Below, one piece after another: positions 15,040-27,110 of a DNA stretch of 64,000 nt. The stretch lies in contig OX597818.1 in the NCBI GenBank assembly GCA_951406725.2, forward strand, positions 75,268,001 to 75,332,000, in the 5' to 3' direction. A model generated the notes under the pieces. The model had not been told where the DNA came from. It did not search any database and saw nothing but the letters and a program-made list of their open reading frames with translations. This DNA comes from Octopus vulgaris (lineage: Eukaryota). The position numbers and the translations under genes were made by a program. Each line of letters opens with the position of its first letter. Position 1 is the stretch's first letter.

Positions 15040-15800
15040 TGTGTGTGTATATGTGCGTGTGTGTGTATATGTGCGTGTGTGTGTATATGTGCGTGTGTGT
15101 GTGTCTTCTCGGATCTCGGGCATCCTCCATCCGATTGCGCTCAAATTTGATTTGTAGTACCGATGGTATCAGGGCGTGTATAATTCTTGAAAAAATTACA
15201 AAAATCGATTCCAGGTGAGAATGCGATCGATAAAGCTGTGGGAAATCGTTTTTTCTGGTTGCACAATCGACTATATGGCACTGATAGGAGTTGCCTCCTT
15301 TAACACCAAGCATGCATACTTCATACACAGTTGATCATTTTTCTTTTTCTTTTTCAACTACTGTTAAGTGCCAAACAAATTTGCCAAACTCAATTTAGTT
15401 AGCTCCCTTTAACTTTTGGATGACGTTCTCGAGGCAAAAGTTATCACGGGTCAAGAAGCAGAGGATGTTGGTTCTATTTCCCGCATGCCATTGATTCCGT
15501 CGGACTGTGTTTACCCGATGAAACGCGTTCAATTCCCTATTCGCCTAAACTTCGCGATGACCATCAACAAAGCACAGAGGCAATCATTGAAAATCGTGGG
15601 GTTGGACCTAAGTACTCCTTGCTTTTCGCACGGACAACTGTATGTGGGCTGTTCGAGGGTTGGCTGTTCGACAAACCTTTTCTACTACGCTCCAGACGGA
15701 GTAACAAGGAATGTGATTTACAAGTCTGTGCTCCAATAGCTTTTCCATGCCCTTGAACATCCCGTAAAGTAAGTTAGCTTAAAATTAGTTACTTTGTTCC
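15040..15800 (+). mobile_element. Internally deleted Helitron
   Basis: Helitron-like 5' segment (CATCCGATTGCGCTCAAATTTG) followed by Pif1 helicase C-terminus. Confidence 0.65.
15416..15739 (+). pseudogene. Helitron RepHel Pif1 helicase C-terminal fragment
   Basis: KRVQFPIRLNFAMTINKAQRQSL and FSHGQLYVGCSRV (SF1 motifs V/VI), TRNVIYKSVL end. Confidence 0.92.
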
Positions 15801-16139
15801 CTAGGTTGTTGCTTTTCATCAAAAATCACCCCAAGTTGATTTCCTACATGTTTTATCGGATAAACATGTTTGTGTTCTCCCAGTCAACAGCCTTATCATT
15901 ACTGGTACTTTAAACTCTTCGGTTGCATATTTGTGTGAATAAAATCGTTTTTCTTTGGAATATAAAAAAGTCTATCTTTATATCTTCTTTTGCTGGTGTC
16001 TCAAATTTAGGTTTAATCAGTGTTTTTCAAAGGGGAGGCCTATGGGATGGTCGGACAAGTTGTTTTGAGAAAATTTGGTATAAAATTTTTGACAACTCAA
16101 CATCGTCCATTGGACGGGGGGCATTTTGCTCGTGCATAT

Positions 16140-16535
16140 ACTCTTTTACTCTTTTACTTGTTTCAGTCATTTGGCTGCGGCCATGCTGGAGCACCGCCTT
16201 TAATCGAGCAACTCGACCCGGGACTTATTCTTTTGTAAGCCCAGTACTTATTCTATTGGTCTCTTTTGCCGAACCGCTAAGTAACGGGGACATAAACACA
16301 CCAGCATCGGTTGTCAAGCAATGCTAGGAGGACAAACACATACACACAAACACACACACGCATATATATATACATATATACGACGGGCTTCTTTCAGTTT
16401 CCGTCTACCAAATCCACTCACAAGGCTTTGGTCGGCCCGAGGCTATAGTAGAAGGCACTTGCCCAAGGTGCCACGCAGTGGGACTGAACCCGGAACCATG
16501 TGGTTGGTAAACAAGCTACTTACCACACAGCCACA
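16140..16535 (-). mobile_element. SINE S1, near full length
   Basis: tRNA-like head (TGGCTGTGTGG; GGTTCAGTCCC), body, internal microsatellite, tail ending GTAAAAGAGTAAAAGAGTA; many copies in window. Confidence 0.9.
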
Positions 16536-16602
16536 ATAATGGGTAAGGAGACATGTACATCCACAAAATTTATTTTATAGTTATATACAGCATATTGTAA
16601 TT

Positions 16603-16685
16603 ACCTACACGTGTTTCCATTGCAGCGACTACTCGCTGTTACAAATGCAACCTTGCAATATTGTCGGTGCAGCTTCATCAGGGTC
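16603..16685 (-). ncRNA. PLE-type hammerhead-like motif with extended stem II
   Basis: Minus strand ACC-CTGATGA-[..TGCACCGAC..GTCGCTGCA..]-GAAA-CACGTG-TA-GGT. Confidence 0.55.
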
Positions 16686-16802
16686 TAACAACTAATTGTA
16701 GACACTGGCGTTGGATACTGACCGTTGTGGTTAGCCATCAACTGGAACTCAACCGAGAACTAATGCGATATCTGCCCGAATAATATATCCCTCCAAACTC
16801 AC

Positions 16803-16867
<65 letters not shown>

Positions 16868-17844
16868 CGTGTGCGTGTATGTGTGCGTGTGTGTGTGTAC
16901 ACACTTATACATGTACATATAGGTTTGTTAGTACAAACAGAATGGTTAGATCTCAAACATGATTATATATATAAAACACACCTAAGAACACTTCAAAAAT
17001 TATCAGTGGGAGGAATCAAGTCACAAATGGAAGATTTGCACAGCAACATAGGAGGTTTTCTGACTTTCTTTCATCATTAGATGAGGTAGATGACGATGAT
17101 GTTCTAGATAGCACAGAAGAATACGATACTTCAATTAAGGTCTGGATTGGAAGAGTGCACCGATTTTCCTCCATTTGCACATTCGATTGACAGCAATAAT
17201 GGGAATTTAAAATGAATTTATGCGCAAATGATTTTATAGCTCTTTAGTCATTATTTTCATAATCTAAAAGAGTTAAAATCGTTTTTTTATGGTTTTCCAC
17301 TTATTAAAAGCAAAAATAAATATAAAAATTAGACTTAAGATGAAAGATATTCTATATTTTTTTCCCGTTTTGCACACACATTCATGCAACCCTTTCTCGC
17401 CATTTAAGGGTTAGACACCAAGCTATGCTTACAATTTTATCATAAGAAAAGAGAAAGTACATTTAATATTGATCTGTGGTGTCCAGTATTTGCTTCGAGA
17501 CACGTGAGTTCCATCAAAAGTTACAGCCGTGGCACAATGCTTTGTCGTTTTTGTTTAGTGATTAGATTTTATTTACAATTTTCGAGGATCATGAGTTGGA
17601 TAAGAGACTTACACCCGTGGAGATTGGCTTTAATTAAAATGTTGCAAACAACACTCAACAAGCGAGGAAATAAATGGTGTGCTGACTCAATATTTTGTCC
17701 TTGTTTTCTTTTCTTTTTTGTGGAGGTGGAGTTATAGAGTTGTTTAAGGACTATTTCTTGCAGGTGTGTATGTTTGAGAGAGAGAGAGTGAGAGAGAGAG
17801 CATGTAAAGTTTTGCTACACGTAGTTGGGAAGCAAGCTTCTTAA

Positions 17845-17893
17845 ACACACCAACATCGGTTGTCGAGCGATGATGGGTGGCACAAACACACAA

Positions 17894-17972
<79 letters not shown>

Positions 17973-18133
17973 GAGACGGGATTCTTTCAGTTTCCTTCTA
18001 CCAAATCCACTCACAAGGCTTTGGCCGACTCGAGGCTATAGTAGAAGACACTCGCCCAAGGTGCACGCAGTGAGCTGAACCCGGAACCATGTGGTCAAGA
18101 AGCAAGCTTCTTACCACACAGCCACGCCTGTGC
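17845..18133 (-). mobile_element. SINE S1, 5' two thirds
   Basis: Matches 16290-16535. Confidence 0.85.
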
Positions 18134-18147
18134 GTGTGTGTGTGTGT

Positions 18148-18226
<79 letters not shown>

Positions 18227-18454
18227 TTACAGACAAGAAAGTAAATTTCGATTGGAGTAAAGCTGTAAGGAAGTAGATGAAGATAAGATGGATAAAGATA
18301 AGAAAATTTGACATAAATATGAATGGCTTCTCCATAATTTTGCAAATTCTCCAAATGTATTACTCTTTAACAAGAATAGCACGGATCATCAATACTATTC
18401 TTGTTAAAAATAATAAATGAATAAATAAGTAAATAAATATGTATGTATCTGCGT

Positions 18455-18657
18455 GTATTTGTGTTTGTCGCCTAACGGCGCCTTTCAACCGGTGCTGGTT
18501 TGTTTTCCTTGTATTTTAGCGGTTCAGCAAAAAGAGGCCGATGAAATAAGTAGCAGGTTTTTTTTAAATAAGTACTAATGTTAATACGTGCGGTTAAAAC
18601 CTTTGCAGGCGCTGCTCCAGCATGACTATTGTCTACTGAATGAAACAAGTGAAAGAT
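18455..18657 (+). mobile_element. SINE S1 3' half, diverged
   Basis: TTAGCGGTTCAGCAAAAGAG..GCTGCTCCAGCATG..GAAACAAGT. Confidence 0.7.
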
Positions 18658-19221
18658 AGATAGATAGAAACATACGCACTAAGACAGTATCAGATTAAAA
18701 TGATAATGTATAACATATTTTATAATGTATATATAAATTCAGAATTTTTGCTATACTATTTTATCCAAAGGAAACTTCTTGAACAGACTTGTGAAAGTAA
18801 AAGCAAAGCAAAACAAAAATATCTCAATTTTTCTTAATACACAAGTTTCTTTGAGAGTTTCTATGAGGCAAAATATTCCATGCTTGTATATACATTTCAA
18901 ATGTTATATACAGCGGTATTCTGAGTGTGAGAGTGTATAGGTATGTGTTCTCTGTATGTACGTGCATGTGTGTGTATGTGAATGTGTGTGTGTGAATGTA
19001 CATAGTAGATATACGAGCATGTCAAATGGAACGCTACTATATATAATATTTTATCGCAGAATGACTCAAAGACAGTTGTGTGTTAAAAGAATAATAAAAG
19101 GTGGCTAATCCAACAAGCTCTGTGTTTTTCTAAATATACACGTCAGTTCGAGAAATAGGTTTAAGACAAAATATTATAGCCTGAGTGGTTCTCAATTTGA
19201 ATATATATTATAAATGTTATT

Positions 19222-19392
19222 CTTTTAATTGTTTCAGTCATTTGACTGCGGCTATGGTGGAGCACCGCCTTTAGTCGAACAAATCGACCCAAGGACTTAC
19301 TCTTTGGAAGCCTAGTATTTATTCTATTGGTTTCTTTTGCCGAGCCGCTAAGTTACGGGGACGTAAACACACCGGTATCGGTTGTCAAACAC
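19222..19392 (-). mobile_element. SINE S1 3' half
   Basis: GTTTCAGTCATTTGACTGCGGC..GTTACGGGGACGTAAACAC. Confidence 0.85.
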
Positions 19393-19428
19393 AAAGACAT
19401 ATATATATATATGTCAATACACAAAGAC

Positions 19429-19461
<33 letters not shown>

Positions 19462-19504
19462 ATTAAAAAGGGTGGCTTATTAGCAAACTGAACCTGAAAG
19501 ATTT

Positions 19505-19674
19505 GACCATCTTAATCTCCTCACCAGCGGCTCTTAATGCCTAGGGTTAAGCTCAATGACCTCTGTCAGTCTATAAGATAAACCGTTGAAAACATGTGCT
19601 GATTTCCAAGATGGTCAAAGTGTAAACAACCAATTAAAAGGCGTTAAGAGCCCCTGATGAAGATTAAGATGGTC
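19505..19674. repeat. ~37-bp imperfect inverted repeat
   Basis: GACCATCTTAATCT..GGCTCTTAATGCCT (19505-19542) versus AGGCGTTAAGAGCC..AGATTAAGATGGTC (19639-19674). Confidence 0.75.
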
Positions 19675-19859
19675 TACATCAACATCCGAAATCCCGATCC
19701 AGCTATGTACGTTGAGGACTTACCTCCCTTTGTCAGTCACTTAAGACAGTGCGTTTGTGGCTTTGAGTTATATTTTCCGTATGATATGTTTTATGTCTAT
19801 CATTGTTTGAATTACATAATAGTGGTTTTTATCTAATATATATATATATATATATATAA

Positions 19860-19990
<131 letters not shown>

Positions 19991-20089
19991 TGTGTGTAGT
20001 CCTTGAATTTCTTAAGCAGTTCTATATTTTTCGTAAGAAAGAACGATGATATTATTTCATTGACCTTTAGGAGCAATTCTTATAGACTG

Positions 20090-21033
20090 CGAAAATGAAT
20101 AAACAATTTTGGGCATATCAATCAAAAACAACCCCATACCAGTGAGAGACAGATATATGGTATAAAACTACAGAATTCATAAACTAGCTTAGATGACGAG
20201 TATTCTTCTACGACAACAAAAACAAAAATGAAGATTAAAAAACTTACGACAAATACAACCTTAAATCATGCAAGAACTCTCCTTCTAATCCAGCTCTCGT
20301 AAATTTTTGAGAAGGATCTCATGAAGCTTATAAAAGACTTGAAATTTTCTCAGTACAATATTTTTTTCCAGAAAACACTTTCGGAAAACAACTCAAAAAT
20401 AAAATCTTCCTAGGACTTACATGTATTATCTGATAAAACCGGAAATATTTACGCTGTGCCGTCGGATATCTATAATGACCTAATGCTTAAAGAATTAAAT
20501 ACCAATTACAAATACGCGAATAATACCGCATTGGACGATATTAATAACATCCATTATAATCTTCTCTCAAACTTAGCCCTGCTGGACAGAACTCAGCCAT
20601 ACACAGCGAAATCCCTCACTGCATCTAAAAGGACCACAAACCTAATTTCCAATCAAAGCCTGCTATTAGGCTAATTTGCCCAACTAAATCTGATTTGGGC
20701 AAAGTTAGCAAATGTATTATCAATAGGATTAAACCTCTCGTTAAAAATAAGCTTAAACTCCCTTTATGGTGCTCTACCGGCGATGTGATCACTTGGTTCG
20801 ACCTGCTCGAAGATAAGCAACGTATCCATTTTGCTAAGTTTGATATTTCGAACTATTTCGTCTCCATATCCCCTTTTCTTTTAAATGAATCCTTGATTTT
20901 TGCTCACAATTTTACTAATATCCCTAGATCAAATATTGATATAATCTTGGCAGCCAGAAAGACCCTTATTAGCTTTAATGAACGTAATTGGATTAGATCT
21001 GATTCTACGGACTACTTTGATATAACTATGGTA
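20090..21033 (+). pseudogene. Penelope-like element RT, N-terminal fragment
   Basis: SDKTGNIY, IRLICPTKSDLGKVSKCII, FDISNYF, FDITMG motifs; stops and frameshifts. Confidence 0.8.
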
Positions 21034-22700
21034 TATGGAAGAAGTTTAGGGACAGTAGAAATTAGGAGGGGCATCTTCCAAGGGGACTGCCTGTCCCACT
21101 GATCTTTGTACTGTGCTTGATACCGCTGACATTGATTCTCAGGAAAGCATAAGCTGGGTATGTATTCAAAAGCCGCCAACAAAAAGTCAAACATTTGTTA
21201 TTCATGGATGACCTCAAACTTTATGGTAAAGATGAAGCCCAAGTTAGTTCCGTCATTGATACGGTGTATACCATCAGTGCTGATATCAGAATGGAGTTCA
21301 GACTGAGAAAGTGTGGTGTGTTAGTCTTGAAGAGAAGCAAAATCAAATGTATGGTCGGGCTAACGATACCGTCGGGGGATGTTATGAAGCAGATAGAAGA
21401 GACGGGCTATAAGTACCAGGTGATTTTGGAAATGGATAAATTGATGGAGAAAGAAATGACAGAACAATTTAAGGTGGAGTACTTACGCAAACTGAGACCG
21501 AACCTTAATTCGAAATTCAACAGACGGAATCAGATCGAAGCTATCAACACCTAGGCGGTTTCACTCCTTAGATATGGAGCAGGGGGTAATCGCATGGACA
21601 GTAGACGAACTAAACAGCTCTGACAGAAAGACAAGGAAGTCATTAACTAGATATGGGTTACTCTACCCAAAAAGTGACAGACAGACTGTAAGAGAGGGAA
21701 GAAGACTTATTGGATGCGAACACAGCATTAAAGCAGAAGAAAATAACATAGTATGGTATGTAAAAAATGCCACAGAACCGCTATTATTAGAAGTAAAACA
21801 GTCAGGCTTGTGAAGGATGGAAGATTGCAAAGATAAAGCACTATACAAGAAATTGAAAACAAATGAAACTGAAAATAGGTTGGTAAAGAAAAGAACGCAT
21901 GGTCAATTTCATAGGAATGTTGAAGATAAGACAAACAGAGAAAACAGATGGCTGTGGATGACTAAAAGTGATTTAAAACTGCAAACGGTGGCTCTAATCT
22001 GTGCTGCCCAAGAACAAGCACTAAGAACAAACTACATAAAATATAGAATAGGCAACACAGCAGAAAGGGATAAGTGCAAAATCTGTGGACAAAACGGTGA
22101 AACCGTAAGGCTTATCACCAGCCAATGTACGCCACTAACCAAGAAGTAATATATTTGACGCTACGACTATATAACTAGGCTTGTCCATTGGACAGTTTGC
22201 AACAAGTATGGACTTGACAGAGCAAAAAATAAAATTGGTACGATCACAAACCTGAAGGCATCGTCGAAAATAGAAATGCAAATATCCTATGGGATTTTAT
22301 AATTCAGTGCGACCATGAGATAGAGAATAGGAAGTCAGGCATAGTCTTAATTGAGAAAGAAAACAAACTATGCTGGATCATAGATATAGCATGTCCAGCT
22401 GACAACAAGATATGAGATACGGAAGAAAGAAAAGTCGGGAGATATGACAGGTTAGCTTGGGAAATTAAGCAGTTGTACTCGATGTAAAAGGTAGCAGTAG
22501 TACCAATAATTGTAGGAGCCCAGGGAACATTGAGTAAAAATATCGAGAAGTACGTGGAACAAATAGAGGCTGCAATAAGGGTGGAGCACTTGCAGTAAAC
22601 TGCACTGCTTGGAACCGCTCGAATACTCCGGAAGGTGCTCGAAAAATAGTGAACAGCTGACACCGTAGTACATCTCCAGCGTTAGAAGCTGTGCAAAGGC
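21034..22700 (+). mobile_element. 5'-truncated RLE non-LTR retrotransposon (R4/Dong-like), decayed
   Basis: RRGIFQGDCLS, LFMDDLKLY, CAAQEQALRTNY, CKICGQNGETV zinc finger, IVLIEKENKLCWIIDIACPAD RLE; ends in (AAT)n. Confidence 0.88.
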
Positions 22701-22782
<82 letters not shown>

Positions 22783-22856
22783 TTGAAAAATACCTTAGGA
22801 ATGATAACCCAGGTTCGAAATTTCCCCCAAGACATCTGATGAAGGCTGGAGGGTAT
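22701..22856 (+). mobile_element. (AAT)n plus left part of hammerhead-bearing SINE tail (continues at 24792-24870)
   Basis: Matches reverse complement of 41735-41880; interrupted by a LINE. Confidence 0.85.
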
Positions 22857-24770
22857 CATCATCATCATTGTTCGACCGTGGTCGAGACAATGGAATTTAC
22901 CATGTTGCGCCAGACTTCACGGTCCATCATAGCATTACGGAGGTCCTGTTGCTGGATGCCTGTATCCCTGGAGATTACATCAAGGTAGGAGAGTGTGCGC
23001 CCTCTGGTGTTGCGAGTAGATGGCTTCCAGAGGAGAAGAGTATAAATTACTTCTTTTTCAGCTCTACAACAATGTCCAGCAAACTGGACTCTCCTACCTT
23101 TCACAAGACACAGGTGGTAATTTCCCATATATTTGCATTTTAGTTGGATGGCGCCTCCACGAGAGATTTTGAGCTCTCACAAGGAGGCGAGTGTAGGTTC
23201 CATCCAACCGCCTCTCAAGCTTCTTTGATAACGTCCAGGTTTCTGAGCCATATAGTAGGATTGGTTCGACTGTGGCTTTGAATATTTCAAGTTTGAAGTC
23301 TCTACTTAGATTTGATGACCAGATCTTATGCATGTCATTACAGGCTGACCAGGCCATACCCTTTCTAGTTAGAAAGTCTTTTCCAGATGATGATATGTAT
23401 GACCCAAGATATTTATAATCAGAAACCATATTTAAAGGTGCACTGTTGAGAGTGTGGATGATGCAATCACTGTTGGACAGGCACTTGTTTATGTATTCAG
23501 TTTTGGTCTCATTGAGGTAAAGACCTACACAATTTGAGGCTTGTTCAAGAGATTGTAAAAGAGACTGGGCATTGGAGAGAGAATCACTGATAAGAGCGAT
23601 GTCGTCAGCAAAGTCAGTGTCTGTCAAGTACTCAGCTGGGTGTCTGGAACTTCTTCTTGGTTTTATTTCAAAGCCCTTGCCAGAGATGGTATCAACTGAC
23701 ATACGTAGCACATAATCAACAACAATGATGAAAAGAAATGGGGCGAGTGTGTCTCCCTGCAGTATTCCGGCCTCGATCGAGAAAGATGATGTTTCTCCAT
23801 CAGGGGTTAAGATGGTTGAAGACGTATCTGTGTAGAGGACCTTGATGGCAGAAATAATTTTGTCTGGTATCCCATAGAGCTTAAGGATTTCAAACATCTT
23901 GTACCTATCTACAGAATCGAACGCTTTAGAAAAGTCTACAAATACCATTGCAAGATCGCGATTAAATGCTTTTGATTCTTCAATAAGTCTGCGCAGGCAT
24001 AGTATCTGGCTCAGCGTTGAGCGCCCATGTCTGAATCCATTTTGGTTCTTTCGGAGCAAAGGTTCAACAAAAAGGACAAGACGATTTAGGATCAGTTTGT
24101 TGTACAGTTTTGCAGCAATTGACATTAGAGATATGCCCCTGTAGTTGGTGACGAGGGACAAATCGCCTTTTTTGGGTATTGGAATGATTTGAGATTGGTG
24201 CCAAATCTTTGGAGCGACAAAGGTGGAAAGTGTGTGGTTGCAGAGGTTAAGCAAAAGTGTGTGAAATCTATCATCCTTCCAAATCACAGCCGGAATGTTG
24301 TCGGGACCAAATGCTTTCGAGGCTTTTAGTTGCTTGGTGGCTGCTGTTAGTTCAAATATGGTAAAAGGGGAGGTGTTGATGTCCAGCGTGTCTGATATAG
24401 GCACACTTGGGAGAGTAGGGTTATCAGGGATTTTGGCATTCTTCCCAAGGAGGTTTTTAAAATGGGTTGACCAATTTTCTAAACGTTTCTTAGCTGATCC
24501 CCCTTTAATTCTAATTGATGACCCAGAATTTTTGCCTGATAGGTCTTTGATGGATTTCCAGGCGAGATGGTGTTTTTTACTAATGTGCTCTTTCGATAGT
24601 TTACTAATTTTGCCATTGATAAATTCGACCTCGGCGTTCAAGTAAGCCTCATCAAGATTCTTCCTGGCAGCTATGAGTTGGATCTTCAGTGACTGGGATG
24701 GAGAACGGTGGTAAGCTAGTGATATAGACTTTAGATGGTTTCTGGCTTCGATGACATTTGGGGAATTAGA
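22857..24770 (-). mobile_element. 5'-truncated RTE-like LINE with (GAT)n tail and 10-bp TSD
   Basis: TSD TGGAGGGTAT at 22847-22856 and 24792-24801; long RT ORF. Confidence 0.92.
23094..24770 (-). CDS. Non-LTR reverse transcriptase (N-terminally truncated, frameshift near 23100, C-terminus in 22865-23128)
   Basis: GPDNIP, NYRGISL, QNGFR, FVDFSKAFDSV, GILQGDTLAPFLF, FADDI, YKYLGS, LLYGSETW. Confidence 0.9.
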   Translation of the reverse strand, partial: SNSPNVIEARNHLKSISLAYHRSPSQSLKIQLIAARKNLDEAYLNAEVEFINGKISKLSKEHISKKHHLAWKSIKDLSGKNSGSSIRIKGGSAKKRLENWSTHFKNLLGKNAKIPDNPTLPSVPISDTLDINTSPFTIFELTAATKQLKASKAFGPDNIPAVIWKDDRFHTLLLNLCNHTLSTFVAPKIWHQSQIIPIPKKGDLSLVTNYRGISLMSIAAKLYNKLILNRLVLFVEPLLRKNQNGFRHGRSTLSQILCLRRLIEESKAFNRDLAMVFVDFSKAFDSVDRYKMFEILKLYGIPDKIISAIKVLYTDTSSTILTPDGETSSFSIEAGILQGDTLAPFLFIIVVDYVLRMSVDTISGKGFEIKPRRSSRHPAEYLTDTDFADDIALISDSLSNAQSLLQSLEQASNCVGLYLNETKTEYINKCLSNSDCIIHTLNSAPLNMVSDYKYLGSYISSSGKDFLTRKGMAWSACNDMHKIWSSNLSRDFKLEIFKATVEPILLYGSETWTLSKKLERRLDGTYTRLLVRAQNLSWRRHPTKMQIYGKLPPVSCER

Positions 24771-24791
24771 AGGTATATCAGGAGGGTATAA

Positions 24792-24870
24792 TGGAGGGTA
24801 TATCAGCCAAAACGTTGTCTTAACAACAAACAAGATGAGGACAAATATCCGTCAAATGTAAATAACGTGC
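24792..24870 (+). mobile_element. Right part of hammerhead-bearing SINE tail
   Basis: TATCAGCCAAAACGTTGTCTTAACAACAAACAAGATGAGGACAAATATCCGTCAAATGTAAAT matches reverse complement of 41740-41810. Confidence 0.85.
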
Positions 24871-24894
24871 TTAATTTGAAGTTTATAGCTTAGT

Positions 24895-24953
<59 letters not shown>

Positions 24954-24955
<2 letters not shown>

Positions 24956-24992
24956 CACAGGCGTGGCTGTGTGGTAAGAAGCTTGCTTACCA
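24954..24992 (+). mobile_element. 5' head of SINE S1, interrupted
   Basis: GGCACAGGCGTGGCTGTGTGGTAAGAAGCTTGCTTACCA. Confidence 0.85.
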
Positions 24993-27110
24993 GAAGCCTA
25001 CTTCCCACTGCGCATGTGTTGGTGTCAGTGTGCGCATGCGTTTTTGTCAGCGTTGTGCGTATCACCGAAAGAAGTAGCCAAGCTGTGTACAGCTGGAGAA
25101 AAAAGAAGTTCAACTGTAAGTTAAGACTTTTGTTTTTAGGGTCTAGTGGGGGTTTGTTGTTTGCGGTAAATATTTTTGTACAAGCAAGTAGTCCTCACTG
25201 GATTCTAAACTTTGGTCTGCCTGTAGTTGAGCAAAAATGGTTCACGTTAAGTGAATTTTTTTTCTCACTTAACTGTGAGAATTGTTGCTTAGGGACGTAT
25301 CGCGCCTCCTGAAAATTTGTTCACTTTTTGTGAATTTTTTAAATAATTGTGAGAATTGCTGTTTTGGGGGAGTGTCTCACCCCCGAAAATTGAACATCTT
25401 GTATACCAATTTTTGTGAAAGTTGTTTCCCAGTCGTGGCGTTCCGGGTTCGACCTTGGTCGGAAGATGATTTTGCTGTGTTTTTGAACTATTGACTTTCC
25501 TTCTACCCTTTTTTGACTTTCTTTTTTCGTGAATTGTTTTGATTTTCTTCCTTCCATTTTATTGCGACTTTCTGTGATTTCTTTCTTTTTCTTCTTTCTT
25601 TTTAAGTTTAATTTTGAACTATTTTCGAACTGTTATTACAAAAAAAAACATGGCAATGAAAAAAGACAGTGTTTTCGAGCGGGTAATTATACCACCCAAA
25701 CAGTAGTTAAATGACATTGAAGAGAGGACGGTGGTGTTGAAGGCTTACTCCAAGTCGCTCGACACCATCGCCCTAATTGAAAAGACTAATTGAAAAGGAG
25801 TTGGCAGAGTATCTGCCGACACCCCTAAATAGGCTCGCTAATTTGTGGGCCAGCCCTTAGAGGGCAAAGAAGTTTTGTATCTTCCCACGTATTGTGGGAA
25901 GCGGTTGACAACAGCTTGAGTCTGCGAGTTGCCACCCGGAATAAAACCCGAGCGGATAGAGGAGACTATCCGCCGGGGTCTGGGTGGCAGCGGAGCCAAG
26001 GTCCTTAATGTGAAAATTGTTCCTGTGGCTGATTGGGTTGGGTCAAAAGCTGTTTTGACCCTGTGGACCCATTCAGCCAATCTGGTTATGCCAGATTTTT
26101 TTGAAAATGGCCGGGTGCAGGTACCCGGTGATTCTTGAGGGTCGCCCCCACCCCCCACCCCACCCAGGTGTCATCGGCTATATAAAGAAAAACTGTCCCC
26201 AGGAACAAAGTAAGGTCCTGGAACAGTTGGTTGAGACCGCTGTAGAAGAGGGAACGAAGGCGGTCGAGGAGGCGGAGAGCTCTTCAAAGAAGAGCTGCAA
26301 GAGGAAGAAGGTGAGCAACAATGGGTGCTCACCGAAGGATCCTAGGGATAAGGGAGGGGAGGCGATTCTCCCTACCACGGAGGAGACGCACCCTCCCTCA
26401 GGTGAGAAAAAAAAGAGGAAGAGGAAGAGAAACGGGTCATTGCCGGCAGTCGGTGATATAGTACCGGAATGTCCCGAAACCTCGTCGATGGGGGCTGTGC
26501 CACTGGCAGGGGAAGAGATACCGTCGGTGGGAATTGTGCCGCCAACAGCAGAAGTGACTACCTCGTCCCCGGACGAAGACGAATTATTGGTCTTCTGCTA
26601 CAGAGGCAGAGAGGTGGAGAAGGTGTTGCAAAAAGCACTATAACGGAGTACCTTTAGCCTGCACAGGGGATCCCGAATGGCCTCCGCAGATAGCTATGGA
26701 GGTCATAACGTTGCCCGTGTTGCTTAGGCTGCAGGTACTCAACGAGGAATATCGCTTGTGGCCGGGCAAGGACGACACGGCCCCCGCTTTGTGCTTGAAT
26801 GAGGCGTGGGTGATGGCGGAGGATGGGGTCACAAGCGATGTTGGGAAGGAATATGGATAGGAGGTTGAAAAGCTTCAATGTTATTGAAAGTTCCTAGTTT
26901 GGAAAAAAGGTTAGAGGCTTAGTGCCTCATTTTGTGAACAATGCTAGAGGTTTGTTGCCTCATGAATAATATAAGAGGTCAATGTTCTGGGGAAAGAACG
27001 ATCGGTGGGCGTCGCTTTTCCCCCCATTAATCATCATTTTCATTTTTCATTTCATATAACATGTCTGTGTCCAACCCGCAGCTTCCTATCTCTATGTAAG
27101 GCCTTTATGG
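24993..27110 (+). mobile_element. ORF1-only Tx1-like element B
   Basis: Homologous to element A; ORF1 followed within ~210 bp by a Tx1-like tail (CTCTATGTAAGGCCTTTATGGC); no ORF2. Confidence 0.78.
25650..26897 (+). pseudogene. Decayed Gag-like ORF1
   Basis: IEETIRRGLGGSGAKVLNVKIVPVADWVGSKAVLTLWT and MAGCRYPVILEGRP align with A; knuckle degraded; frameshifts. Confidence 0.85.

Noticed and set aside
15416-15739. Host PIF1 gene exon
   Set aside because: Intronless decayed fragment next to a Helitron-like end, with a second decayed copy at 44331-44968.
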